In this document: piece after piece, positions 34,701 through 51,895 of the stretch | Layout: each line of letters starts with the position of its first letter | Position numbering within the stretch: position 1 is the first letter of the stretch | DNA from: Macrostomum lignano | Taxonomy: Eukaryota | Direction of reading: 5' to 3' | Assembly (NCBI GenBank): GCA_002269645.1 | Contig: NIVC01002057.1 | Span: forward strand, 62,001-126,000 | DNA: 64,000 nt | Program-made: the position numbers and the translations under genes | Notes under the pieces: generated by a model | Database searches by the model: none | What the model was told of the DNA's origin: nothing | The model's input: only the letters and a program-made list of their open reading frames with translations

Positions 34701-37700
34701 AGCTTTCCCATGCAGTGCTGTCCTGTTAGTATCATCACTGAAGACCCTGTAGCTTTCCCATGCAGTGCTGTCCTGTTAGTATCATCACTGAAGACCCTGT
34801 AGCTTTTCCATGCAGTGCTGTCCTGTTAGTATCATCACTGACGACTCTGTAGCTTTCCCATGCAGTGCTGTCCTGTTAGTATCATCACTGAAGACCCTGT
34901 AGCTTTCAAATGCAGTGTTGTCCTGTTAGTATCATCACTGAAGACCCTGTAGCTTTCAAATGCAGTGTTGTCCTGTTAGTATCATCACTGAAGACCCTGT
35001 AGCTTTCAAATGCAGTGCTGTCCTGTTAGTATCATCACTGACGACCCTGTAGCTTTCCCATGCAGTGCTGTCCTGTTAGTATCATCACTGAAGACCCTGT
35101 AGCTTTCCCATGCAGTGCTGTCCTGTTAGTATCATCACTGAAGACCCTGTAGCTTTACCATGCAGTGCTGTCCTGTTAGTATCATCACTGAAGACCCTGT
35201 AGCTTTTCCATGCAGTGCTGTCCTGTTAGTATCATCACTGAAGACCCTGTAGCTTTCCCATGCAGTGCTGTCCTGTTAGTATCATCACTGAAGACCCTGT
35301 AGCTTTTCCATGCAGTGTTGTCCTGTTAGTATCATCACTGAAGACCCTGTAGCTTTCCCATGCAGTGCTGTCCTGTTAGTATCATCACTGAAGACCCTGT
35401 AGCTTTCAAATGCAGAGTGGTCCTGTTAGTATCATCACTGAAGACCCTGTAGCTTTCAAATGCAGTGTTGTCCTGTTAGTATCATCACTGAAGACCCTGT
35501 AGCTTTCAAATGCAGTGCTGTCCTGTTAGTATCATCACTGACGACCCTGTAGCTTTCCCATGCAGTGCTGTCCTGTTAGTATCATCACTGACGACCCTGT
35601 AGCTTTCCCATGCAGTGCTGTCCTGTTAGTATCATCACTGACGACCCTGTAGCTTTCCCATGCAGTGCTGTCCTGTTAGTATCATCACTGACGACCCTGT
35701 AGCTTTCCCATGCAGTGCTGTCCTGTTAGTATCATCACTGACGACCCTGTAGCTTTCCCATGCAGTGCTGTCCTGTTAGTATCATCACTGAAGACCCTGT
35801 AGCTTTTCCATGCAGTGCTGTCCTGTTAGTATCATCACTGAAGACCCTGTAGCTTTCCCATGCAGTGCTGTCCTGTTAGTATCATCACTGAAGACCCTGT
35901 AGCTTTCAAATGCAGTGTTGTCCTGTTAGTATCATCACTGAAGACCCTGTAGCTTTCAAATGCAGTGTTGTCCTGTTAGTATCATCACTGAAGACCCTGT
36001 AGCTTTCAAATGCAGTGCTGTCCTGTTAGTATCATCACTGACGACCCTGTAGCTTTCCCATGCAGTGCTGTCCTGTTAGTATCATCACTGACGACCCTGT
36101 AGCTTTCCCATGCAGTGCTGTCCTGTTAGTATCATCACTGACGACCCTGTAGCTTTCCCATGCAGTGCTGTCCTGTTAGTATCATCACTGACGACCCTGT
36201 AGCTTTCCCATGCAGTGCTGTCCTGTTAGTATCATCACTGACGACCCTGTAGCTTTCCCATGCAGTGCTGTCCTGTTAGTATCATCACTGAAGACCCTGT
36301 AGCTTTCCCATGCAGTGCTGTCCTGTTAGTATCATCACTGAAGACCCTGTAGCTTTTCCATGCAGTGCTGTCCTGTTAGTATCATCACTGACGACTCTGT
36401 AGCTTTCCCATGCAGTGCTGTCCTGTTAGTATCATCACTGAAGACCCTGTAGCTTTCAAATGCAGTGTTGTCCTGTTAGTATCATCACTGAAGACCCTGT
36501 AGCTTTCAAATGCAGTGTTGTCCTGTTAGTATCATCACTGAAGACCCTGTAGCTTTCAAATGCAGTGCTGTCCTGTTAGTATCATCACTGACGACCCTGT
36601 AGCTTTCCCATGCAGTGCTGTCCTGTTAGTATCATCACTGAAGACCCTGTAGCTTTCCCATGCAGTGCTGTCCTGTTAGTATCATCACTGAAGACCCTGT
36701 AGCTTTACCATGCAGTGCTGTCCTGTTAGTATCATCACTGAAGACCCTGTAGCTTTTCCATGCAGTGCTGTCCTGTTAGTATCATCACTGAAGACCCTGT
36801 AGCTTTCCCATGCAGTGCTGTCCTGTTAGTATCATCACTGAAGACCCTGTAGCTTTTCCATGCAGTGTTGTCCTGTTAGTATCATCACTGAAGACCCTGT
36901 AGCTTTCCCATGCAGTGCTGTCCTGTTAGTATCATCACTGAAGACCCTGTAGCTTTCAAATGCAGAGTGGTCCTGTTAGTATCATCACTGAAGACCCTGT
37001 AGCTTTCAAATGCAGTGTTGTCCTGTTAGTATCATCACTGAAGACCCTGTAGCTTTCAAATGCAGTGCTGTCCTGTTAGTATCATCACTGACGACCCTGT
37101 AGCTTTCCCATGCAGTGCTGTCCTGTTAGTATCATCACTGACGACCCTGTAGCTTTCCCATGCAGTGCTGTCCTGTTAGTATCATCACTGACGACCCTGT
37201 AGCTTTCCCATGCAGTGCTGTCCTGTTAGTATCATCACTGACGACCCTGTAGCTTTCCCATGCAGTGCTGTCCTGTTAGTATCATCACTGACGACCCTGT
37301 AGCTTTCCCATGCAGTGCTGTCCTGTTAGTATCATCACTGAAGACCCTGTAGCTTTTCCATGCAGTGCTGTCCTGTTAGTATCATCACTGAAGACCCTGT
37401 AGCTTTCCCATGCAGTGCTGTCCTGTTAGTATCATCACTGAAGACCCTGTAGCTTTCAAATGCAGTGTTGTCCTGTTAGTATCATCACTGAAGACCCTGT
37501 AGCTTTCAAATGCAGTGTTGTCCTGTTAGTATCATCACTGAAGACCCTGTAGCTTTCAAATGCAGTGCTGTCCTGTTAGTATCATCACTGACGACCCTGT
37601 AGCTTTCCCATGCAGTGCTGTCCTGTTAGTATCATCACTGACGACCCTGTAGCTTTCAAATGCAGTGCTGTCCTGTTAGTATCATCACTGACGACCCTGT

Positions 37701-39941
37701 AGCTTTCCCATGCAGTGCTGTCCTGTTAGTATCATCACTGACGACCCTGTAGCTTTCCCATGCAGTGCTGTCCTGTTAGTATCATCACTGAAGACCCTGT
37801 AGCTTTCCCATGCAGTGCTGTCCTGTTAGTATCATCACTGACGACCCTGTAGCTTTCCCATGCAGTGCTGTCCTGTTAGTATCATCACTGAAGACCCTGT
37901 AGCTTTTCCATGCAGTGCTGTCCTGTTAGTATCATCACTGAAGACCCTGTAGCTTTCCCATGCAGTGCTGTCCTGTTAGTATCATCACTGACGACCCTGT
38001 AGCTTTCACACGCAGTGCTGTCCTGTTAGTATCATCACTGACGACCCTGTAGCTTTCCCATGCAGTGCTGTCCTGTTAGTATCATCACTGACGACCCTGT
38101 AGCTTTCACACGCAGTGCTGTCCTGTTAGTATCATCACTGACGACCCTGAGGCTCCCAGGATTTCCTGTTAGCGAGCTACAGTCTCGTAATAAAACCCGT
38201 ACCCACAATCGCCCAGATAATCTGCTTTATAGTCTACGCAGTGGAACTGAACAATGGACCAGACGTGAACAACCGTGTTGGTTGGGCAACCGGTCTTCCC
38301 TACTATTCTCCGCTACTCTTCAGTCCGCAAAAGAAGAAAGAGGCTTGGCGATTTATAAGCTACATGCTTCTACACTGCGGCTATCATCATCTATTGTTTA
38401 ACTTGGCTATTCAACTTCTGCTGGGCGTACCGCTAGAGTTGGTGCACAAAGCTTGGCGCGTAGGGCCCACCTATATGGCTGGTGTATTGGGTGAGAAGTT
38501 GAGTCACTGTTGCTAACCTAAATATCCATCTGACTCGTTTCTATATAGTATATGCTGGATGTTTTTTAAGAATCGAGACCTTTTGTGTGAAAAAAAGCCG
38601 AGGTCCCTTGCCTAACAATAGAAGTTTCCAATTTCCAATGATTTAGTCTTCTCTGATCTTTGCATTTCTTCTGCCTTAAAAATTCAGCTCCTGAGCTCCT
38701 GTCTAGCGAGTTCAGCTCCTGTCTAATAGGTTCAGCTCCTGTCCAATAGGTTCAGCTCCTGTCTAACAGGTTCAGCTCCTGTCTAATAGGTTCAGCTCCT
38801 GTCTAGCGAGTTCAGCTCCTGTCTAATAGGTTCAGCTCCTGTCCAATAGGTTCAGCTCCTGTCTAACAGGTTCAGCTCCTGTCTAATAGGTTCAGCTCCT
38901 GTCTAGCGGGTTCAGCTCCTGTCTAATAGGTTCAGCTCCTGTCTAATAGGTTCAGCTCCTGTCTAATAGGTTCAGCTCCTGTCTAATAGGTTCAGCTCCT
39001 GTCTAGCGGGTTCAGCTCCTGTCTAATAGGTTCAGCTCCTGTCTAATAGGTTCAGCTCCTGTCTAATAGGTTCAGCTCCTGTCTAGCGGGTTCAGCTCCT
39101 GTCTAGCGGGTTCAGCTCCTGTCTAATAGGTTCAGCTCCTGTCTAATAGGTTCAGCTCCTGTCTAATAGGTTCAGCTCCTGTCTAGCGGGTTCAGCTCCT
39201 GTCTAGCGGGTTCAGCTCCTGTCTAATAGGTTCAGCTCCTGTCTAACAGGTTCAGCTCCTGTCTAGCGCGTTCAGCTCCTGTTTAACAGGTTCAGCTCCT
39301 GTCTAGCAGGTTCAGCTCCTGTTTAACAGGTTCAGCTCCTGTCTAGCAGGTTCCTCAGTTCTTGTCTAACAGATTCGGCTATTGTCTAGCGGTAATGTTT
39401 AAAAGTAGTAATAGTCCATGTCTATCAAGTTCACGAGTCCTACCGTATCGCGCCCTATGCAACAGGCGGTTCTGTATGCTCGGCGGTGTTCGACCACACA
39501 ACGGCCTTAGTGGGTGCTAGCGGCGGCTGCTACGCGCTGATGGGCGCGCACATCGCCCTGGTGGTGATGAACTGGAAAGAGACGCAGCACGAGTGGCTGA
39601 AATGCCGAAAGCCGTCAATTGAAGGCGGCGGAATCGGCAGCGTTGCCCAATTCCTGCTCAGCGGAGTGATGCGTCTGGTGTTCCTTCTGCTGCTGCTGGC
39701 GCTGGACTTCGGCGTCGCTCTCTACCAACGCTACGGCTTGAACGAGGATACACGAGTCAGCTTTCTGGCTCACGCAGGCGGTCTAATATTCGGCTTCCTG
39801 GTTGGCATTCCGGTGTTAAAAAATCTGGACAAACTGCCTTGGGAGGTCTGCATGTTCTGGATCTGTCTGGTCATCGGCATCTGCCTGATGGTGGCAGCCG
39901 TGTTGTATTTGGGCGTGTCTGACTTTATTGGAACTTACTAA
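31770..39941 (+). CDS. Rhomboid intramembrane serine protease with N-terminal EF-hand region (RHBDL3 / Drosophila Rho-4-like), ~461 aa; exons 31770-32177, 32973-33200, 38217-38490, 39466-39941
   Basis: EF-hand-like DMNANPDGRVSWKEF; YNCRPPSIFIP; WR motif EAWRFISYMLLHCGYHHLLFN; catalytic GASGG; AHAGG His; GT-AG junctions phase-compatible. Start codon may lie further upstream. Confidence 0.92.
33290..38150 (+). repeat. 50-bp satellite (GTAGCTTTCCCATGCAGTGCTGTCCTGTTAGTATCATCACTGAAGACCCT)n, ~97 units, filling rhomboid intron 2
   Basis: Directly visible; rare variants recur at a 1550-bp offset. Confidence 0.98.
38688..39355 (+). repeat. 20-bp minisatellite (GTTCAGCTCCTGTCTAATAG)n, ~33 units, rhomboid intron 3
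   Basis: Directly visible. Confidence 0.97.
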
Positions 39942-40100
39942 CATTAGGTGGGAAGCTTTGACTGGATTTCTCACATTCAGGGAAATGTCGCACACGCGTC
40001 CACTATGCACAGTATTTTATATGAATAGCAACATGTGCTAGAGGGATTTGAGTCAGGGATTTGGAGACCGTCAAGTACGATCAAAAGCTGGGTGCTCAAG

Positions 40101-40275
40101 CTTGGTCACGAATCTCGAATCACAGGTGTCAGAATTGGTCACGAATCTCGAATCACAGGTGTCAGACTTGGTCACGAATCTCGAATCACAGGTGTCAGAC
40201 TTGGTCACGAATCTTGAATCACAGGTGTCAGACTTGGTCACGAATCTCGAATCACAGGTGTCAGACTTGGTCACA
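40101..40275 (+). repeat. 33-bp tandem repeat (TTGGTCACGAATCTCGAATCACAGGTGTCAGAC), ~5 units
   Basis: Directly visible. Confidence 0.9.
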
Positions 40276-41310
40276 ACCTTTAAATTTCCGAAGTTCGAAC
40301 GAGAATCGCTTAAAATCTTTCGACTTATTAATCGGAAAGCGGCGTGTATAAATTAAAACATTTTATATACACGCACAATACAATAAGGAAATTATGAATT
40401 CCTGATTGCTCGTAAAAGACTATATTTTTATCGGTTGTGCTTGTGCTGTATATGTGCAAATGTTTACATCTTATAATTCAGTGAGAATTTCTACCAAAAA
40501 TTTTAATGCAGTGTTCAACGCGTATCTTATTTTGATAAACGGAATTGATATTTTTAGTTAATCCAGTTCAGTGCTTGCGCTCGATTGGACACAGGTAACA
40601 TGTGGTGTAGGTGTAGTTATTCAAATTCTTGACAAAGATAAACAACACCTTTTAATAATTCTACCAAAGATTTAAGCCGTTGCATAATATAACACTCGTA
40701 ATACTAGTTTGTATTACACAACAGTCAAACGGAATTGAGATAAACCTGTTGCTACTTTTGTATATACAATAATATACCGCATGCTGTAACCCAATTTTCA
40801 GTTGTGGCCACTACGCAAAAATTAGTTCAAATGAGTCTGACTTGATTCTTCTGTGTCTGTGGTGTTGGCTTGAGTCAGTGAGTCAGTGAGTGGCCTTTTG
40901 TTTAGTTTTACAGGCCAGCTTCTCTCGCGAGCCAGAGTTGAATGTGGTGACGCTTTTCAGACGTAGACGCACCCGAATGTACATTGTGGCCTGGTCGTAG
41001 TTCGTATGTACATTGAGAGACGCAGTTATAGCGGGGGCGACCCGTGTAGTTTTCTCTTTGTGTACATTGATTGGGCTTGCAGCGATAAGGGGTGGTGAGC
41101 GAGACCCCCCCAGGCCGAGAGGGAGTGAATGTACATTCAGTTTCAAACTGAACCCCCTTCCCTTCCCCAAAAGCCAAATTGGGCTCGAAGGCGAGTTGCA
41201 AGCTCTCATATATATTCAGAAAGTTATTCAGCGAAACTCTGGAGAAACAAATCAGCTGTTAACAGCAAAAAGCGCTCGTTCTGATACAGTTCCAATCTAT
41301 CTTACTCTGG

Positions 41311-46069
<4,759 letters not shown>

Positions 46070-46099
46070 GGCGAATTAACCCGCACTCTAGGTCGAACC

Positions 46100-46415
46100 T
46101 CACTCCCTGACAATGTCTGATCTCTGATTGGCTGAGCGCTCGGCTTTATTGCTCTACCAACCTCACTCCCCGACAATATCTTCCTATCTCTGATTGGCTG
46201 AGCGCTCGGCTTTATTGCTCCACCCACCTCGCTCTCTGACAATATCTTCTTGTCTCTAGCTGAGCGCTCGATTTTATCGCTCCACCCACCTCGCTCCCTG
46301 ACAATATCTTCTTGTCTCTGATTGGCTGAGCGCTCGGTTTTATCGCTCCACCTACCTCACTCCCTGACAATATCTTCTTGTCTCTGATTGGCTGAGCGCT
46401 CGGTTTTATTGCTCC
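46100..46415 (+). repeat. ~62-66-bp tandem repeat, ~5 units, immediately 3' of the CNNM stop
   Basis: CTGACAATATCTTCTTGTCTCTGATTGGCTGAGCGCTCGG... recurs at ~46107, 46170, 46236, 46298, 46364. Confidence 0.85.
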
Positions 46416-46999
46416 AGAATCAGAAGTATTTGATGTAGTTGTAAAGCTCTAATGGATCACGTGACTTTTAGACTATGTATATATGTATTTTCCAATGTCG
46501 TTATTGAGAAGTTAATTTCTAATTGACTAAGGACCCCAGTTTATAAAGAACATTCACTATATGTTCTGCCACTTTTTATCATGAAAATTTACATTTAATT
46601 GCTTTCATGTATCTAGCTCGTACATGTATTTTTTTGTTGTTTTCGATTTTCAGTGTTTAATTGGTTTAATTTGACCAATCATCTTTCAAAAAAGTTTTGT
46701 TACAAAACGCATTGTTGCTCCACTTGACTGCGATAATGTGGCTGAGAAAGATTTTTAGTTACTTCATCACAGTAGTGAAATTTTCTTTCAAAAAATAATA
46801 AACAAATTTTGTTTTTGCATATCTTGACTGATTTAAATAGCGCAATGGTAAAAATCTTAAATAAAATTGTCGAATAACTGTTTGCTCGGTCTGAAAAATG
46901 TAAATATTAATATAATAGTTGATTTTTTAAAATTTGGTTATCCTCTTCACTTACAGATAATTCATCTACTTAAGTACTCACTGATTGACACTTGATTCT

Positions 47000-47670
47000 G
47001 TGGGGGCGCCAGCTACAGAGGGGCGCCAGCTACAGAGGGGCGCCAGCTACAGAGGGGCGCCAGCTACAGAGGGGGCGCCAGCTACAGAGGGGCGCCAGCT
47101 ACAGAGGGGCGCCAGCTACAGAGGGGCGCCAGCTACAGAGGGGGTGTCAGCTACAGAGGGGGTGCCAGCTACAGAGGGGGTGTCAGCTACAGAGGGGGCG
47201 CCAGCTACAGAGTGTGCGCCAGCTACAGAGGGGGTGTCAGCTACAGAGGGGGCGCCAGCTACAGAGGGGCGCCAGCTACAGAGGGGCGCCAGCTACAGAG
47301 GGGCGCCAGCTACAGAGGGGCGCCAGCTACAGAGGGGGTGCCAGCTACAGAGGGGGTGTCAGCTACAGAGGGGGCGCCAGCTACAGAGTGTGCGCCAGCT
47401 ACAGAGGGGGTGTCAGCTACAGAGGGGGCGCCAGCTACAGAGGGGCGCCAGCTACAGAGGGGGTGTCAGCTACAGAGGGGCGCCAGCTACAGAGGGGGTG
47501 TCAGCTACAGAGGGGGTGTCAGCTACAGAGGGGGCGCCAGCTACAGAGTGTGCGCCAGCTACAGAGAGGGTGTCAGCTACGAGGGGGCGCCAGCTACAGA
47601 GTGTGCGCCAGCTACAGAGGGGGTGTCAGCAACAGAGGGGGCGCCAGCTACAGAGTGTGCGCCAGCTACA
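47000..47670 (+). repeat. GC-rich 17-19-bp minisatellite (GGGGCGCCAGCTACAGA)n
   Basis: Directly visible. Confidence 0.95.
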
Positions 47671-48544
47671 TCTGTTAGAGGTGCCGACCGTGTCGGGGTG
47701 ATGACTGAATGCCTGAGCTGAGGATGTCTAGCAGTTGAGGCTTGCCCACTGTCGAGGCTTGCTCAGAGACATCAGAGAGATTAGCAATAGGGTGTCCATA
47801 GGGTGTAACCAGGTGCCACCTGTCGAAGGCCCAGAAGCTCCGTCTGGCTGCATGGCTATTCCTAATGAAATTTCCTACTAAAATAGGTCTCAACAGTCTG
47901 CCATAGCCATATTTATGAGTATGAGAACCTCATCATATAGCGTGAGTGCCATTACAGTGGATTCAGAAGACAGTACAGTACAGACAGAGCAGAGTTGGAG
48001 AGGCAGCCTGTCTGTAGCAAAACATGCTGACAAAATGTACAATCAACTAACTCTAGGTAGGGCCTGGGAGAGAGATGAGACAGAGCTCCAAGCAGGAATA
48101 TGCAGGTATTGCCTAGCTAAACTGTAGAAACCTTAGTTAGCAAGGGTAAGAGAAACAACTGAGGCAGTATGTAGAAACTCTGAGCATGTACACAGACACA
48201 CGAATGCACTGGGAAACTCAGTGTGTACAGAGAGCGCTTGACTGCAACTGTGTTAAATAATGAGCATGAACTGAGAGGCCTTGAAATTGCGACAGCCGCA
48301 CTACCGTTTGTAGAGCTGGCTAAGTCAATTTTGTTACTTAACTGTGCAAAACAGCCTGCTAGTTTATAGCAATGTTAAGTGCAATTCGATCATAGTGTTT
48401 TATATAAACCATTTTTGGCATCTTGACGTTTGGTAAGCTTTGAATTTAACTTTGTTCAAATTGAATAACTTTAAAGTTAGTTATTCAGGTGTACTGCGTT
48501 TTGCTTGAGCTCAGAAATACAAGAGGTTTACCTAAAGCTGCAGG

Positions 48545-49160
48545 TGTCTGAAGAGGTGCAAGAGGTATCTGCAGGGTGCTAGAGGTGTCTACATGGTGCT
48601 AGAGGTGTCTACAGGGTGCTAGAGATATCTACAGGGTGCTAGAGGTATCTACAGGATGCTAGAGGTATCTGCAGGGTGCTAGAGATATCTACAGGGTGCT
48701 AGAGGTATCTACAGAGTGCTAGAGATATCTACAGAGTGCTAGAGATATCTACAGAGTGCTAGAGATATCTACAGGGTGCTAGAGGTATTTACAGGGTGCT
48801 AGAGATATCTACAGGGTGCTAGAGGTATCTACAGGGTGCTAGAGGTATTTACAGGGTGCTAGAGGTATCTGCAGGGTGCTAGAGGTATTTACAGGGTGCT
48901 AGAGGTATCTACAGGGTGCTAGAGATATCTACAGGGTGCTAGAGATATCTACAGGGTGCTAGAGGTATCTACAGTGTGCTAGAGGTATCTACAAAATGCT
49001 AAAGGTATCTACAGGGGCTAAAGGTATCTAAAGGGGCTAAAGGTATCTACAGGGGCTAAAGGTATCTACAGGGGCTAAAGGTATCTACAGGGGCTAAAGG
49101 TATCTACAGGGGCTAAAGGTATCTAAAGGGGCTAAAGGTATCTACAGGGGCTAAAGGTAT
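48545..49160 (+). repeat. 20-bp minisatellite (GTGCTAGAGGTATCTACAGG)n grading into a 19-bp variant
   Basis: Directly visible. Confidence 0.93.
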
Positions 49161-49371
49161 CTAGAGAGTGAGTTCCTGATTTTGCAAAGGCTGATCAATC
49201 CTTGAAATCAATCATGCGATCATGTACTTCTCAAACGCCATATGATAGTCTATGGTCGAAGTGCCACTTAAGCCAAACTAAGCCAATCGATACGCTTTTC
49301 CCCACTCTACAGCACCTGATGCGAGTCAGTCGAACGAGAGCATCAACTGCAGAACGTCCCAACGAATTCAC

Positions 49372-50786
49372 ATGCAAAAAATGCAACTCAAAAACCGGAG
49401 CCTGCTATCCTGCATCGCATTTCTGGCCATCCTCGGCCTGTGCTATCCGGTATTTCACTTCCTGCTATTCGACACTAACAGTCGGGGCGCCACGTCGGTC
49501 GACGAGTTGACGGCGGAGCGCCAGCGGCGGCTGCACCCGTCGCTCCGGCTGGAGTCCTGGGGCGAATGTTTTCAAGCCGCCCCGAACCTGCTGGTTGCGG
49601 TCGCCTCGTCGCAGGCGGATCTGGCAGGCCGGGATCAACTGCGCCGTCTGTGGCGCAGAAAGTGGCGCCTGCAGAGCGGCGCCGCGCAGCTCGTGTTCTT
49701 CGTGCGCTACGCCGCTTCGGCCCCCAGAGACCTGGTAGTTGAGGAGTTCCACAGACGGCAGGATTTGATGCTCAACGCTGCATTGGAGTGGCAAACTGAC
49801 GCGGCCATGCTGAGATGGGCCACCGCCTGGTACCTGGAGCGCTGCCCGAGGACACCCTACCTGCTGTTTGTGGGAGACTGGCCCGCGCTGAATGTCCGGC
49901 TGGTGGCTCTGCACACTGCCGGAGGCGGTGTGGGCGCTGCTCTGGCTGAGAGGCACAATGTCACTGCTGCCAGTGTCCGTCAGCAAGGTCAGCTGGCAGT
50001 CAGTCACAGCTGTTGGGTGTTGCAGAGCCGCATTGCTGGTTTTTCAGTGGCGATTCCAGCGCATGCAGATATGCGATGCCCCTCCCCAAAATCAGCACCA
50101 AATACAGTTCCCCTGGGACAGTACCCCTGCCCAAGACAGTGCCCCTAAGACAGGCCTTTAGACAGTGCCCCTAAGACAGTGTCCTAAAGACAGTGCCCTA
50201 AGACAGGTGCCCAAAGACAGTGTCGCTTAGACAGGTGCTCAAAGACAGTGTCGCTTAGACAGGTGCTCAAAGACAGTGTCGCTTAGACAGGTGCTCAAAG
50301 ACAGTGTCCCTGGGACAGTGCCTCAACCCCAGACAGTGCTCAAAGACAGTATGCCTCAAAGATAGGTGCCCCAAAGACAATGCCCCTGTCGTTAAGACAG
50401 GCAGGTGCCCCAAAGTGCTGTTAAGGCAATGCCCAAGACAGTGTCCCAAAGACAGTAGCTTGTCATTGGCTTGACAAGAGCTGCAAGAACTTGAAGACAA
50501 TGAATAAAACACAATTTCAGGTCTTGCAAGGCAAAAACATCCGGGGACTGCTAGACTTTTGCGGAGAGGCAACAGTACCAGCAGCAGCAATGGGACAAAC
50601 TTCGCAGAAGAGCCGCATTCGCAGCCTTCAAGCTGCCTGCTATTGCACAGGACAATGGCTGACGAGTTGGTCAAGCGAGTCAGAGGATCAGAGACCAGCT
50701 GGACTGAGTTGAGGAATTTCCTCACGCCATCACAGTTTGATGGCTGGGCTGCGGGAGCGTCAAGGCTGTTCTGCCACTCAGAATGA
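49372..50786 (+). CDS. Divergent GT31-family (beta-1,3-galactosyltransferase-like) type II membrane protein; exon 1 from 49372 to ~49987, probable exon 2 50521-50786
   Basis: Short N-terminus plus TM anchor (SLLSCIAFLAILGLCYPVFHFLLF); LLVAVASSQADLAGRDQLRRLW, LVFFV, LVVEEFHRRQDL, LRWATAWYLERCPRTPYLL follow the GT31 motif order. The exon 1 donor and exon 2 are inferred from phase only. Confidence 0.6.
50100..50450 (+). repeat. Degenerate ~19-20-bp AAGACAG-cored repeat in the probable GT31 intron
   Basis: Directly visible. Confidence 0.75.
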
Positions 50787-50834
50787 GTCTCCGCGACTCT
50801 GCACTGCCCCTCTGCGCGTTCCCACTATCCCATG

Positions 50835-51895
50835 TCTCTATCCCCCTATCCGTTGCCTGTATCCCTCTATTTGTTGCCTATATTCCTCTATCCGATGTGT
50901 CTATTCCTCTATCCGTTGCCTATATCCCTCTATTCGTTGCCTATATCCCTCTATTTGCTGACTATATCCCTCTATCCGCTGCCCATATCCCCCATCCGCT
51001 GCCTATATCCCTCCATCCGCTGCCTATATCCCTCCATCCGCTGCCTATATCCCCCATCCGCTGCCTATATCCCTCCATCCGCTGCCTATATCCCTCTATC
51101 CGTTGCCTATATCCCTCTATTCGTTGCCTATATTTCTTTATTCGATGTCTATATCCCTCTATCCGTTGCCTATATTTCTTTATTCGATGTCTATATCCCT
51201 CTATTTGCTGCCTATATCCCTCTATCCGTTGCCTATATCCCTCTATCCGTTGCCTATATCCCCTCTATCCGTTGCCTATATCCCTCTATCCGTTGCCTAT
51301 ATCCATTTATCCGTTGCCTATATCCCTCTATCGAATGCCTATGACCCTATATCCCTCTATCGAATGCCTATGACCCTATATCCCTCTATCGAATGCCTAT
51401 GACCCTATATCCCTCTATCGAATGCCTATGACCCTATATCCCTCTATCGAATGCCTATGACTCTATATCCCTCTATCGAATGCCTATGACCCTATATCCC
51501 TCTATCGAATGCCTATGACCCTATATCCCTATATCGAATGCCTATGACCCTATATCCCTATATCGAATGCCTATGACTCTATATCCCTCTATCGAATGCC
51601 TAGGACTCTATATCCCTCTATCCGTTGCCTATATCCATTTATCCGTTGCCTATATCCCTTTATCGAATGCCTATGACCCTATATCCCTCTATCGAATGCC
51701 TATGACCCTATATCCCTCTATCGAATGCCTATGACCCTATATCCCTCTATCGAATGCCTATGACCCTATATCCCTCTATCGAATGCCTATGACCCTATAT
51801 CCCTCTATCGAATGCCTATGACCCTGTATCCCTCTATCGAATGCCTATGACCCTATATCCCTCTATCGAATGCCTATGACCCTATATCCCTATAT
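50835..51895 (+). repeat. Composite minisatellite: 21-bp (CCGTTGCCTATATCCCTCTAT)n then 29-bp (CGAATGCCTATGACCCTATATCCCTCTAT)n
   Basis: Directly visible. Confidence 0.95.

Noticed and set aside
33290-38150. Possible CRISPR-like array
   Set aside because: Head-to-tail monomers with no unique spacers, no cas genes, and a eukaryotic intron context
40871-40885. Two tandem TGAGTCA (AP-1-like) motifs upstream of the CNNM gene
   Set aside because: Short motif within a small 8-bp repeat; expected by chance without functional data
46985-47721. GAPATE / GGASYR repeat ORFs resembling a secreted repeat protein
   Set aside because: Open in all three frames because the unit lacks stops; mixed 17-19-bp units do not preserve frame; no signal peptide
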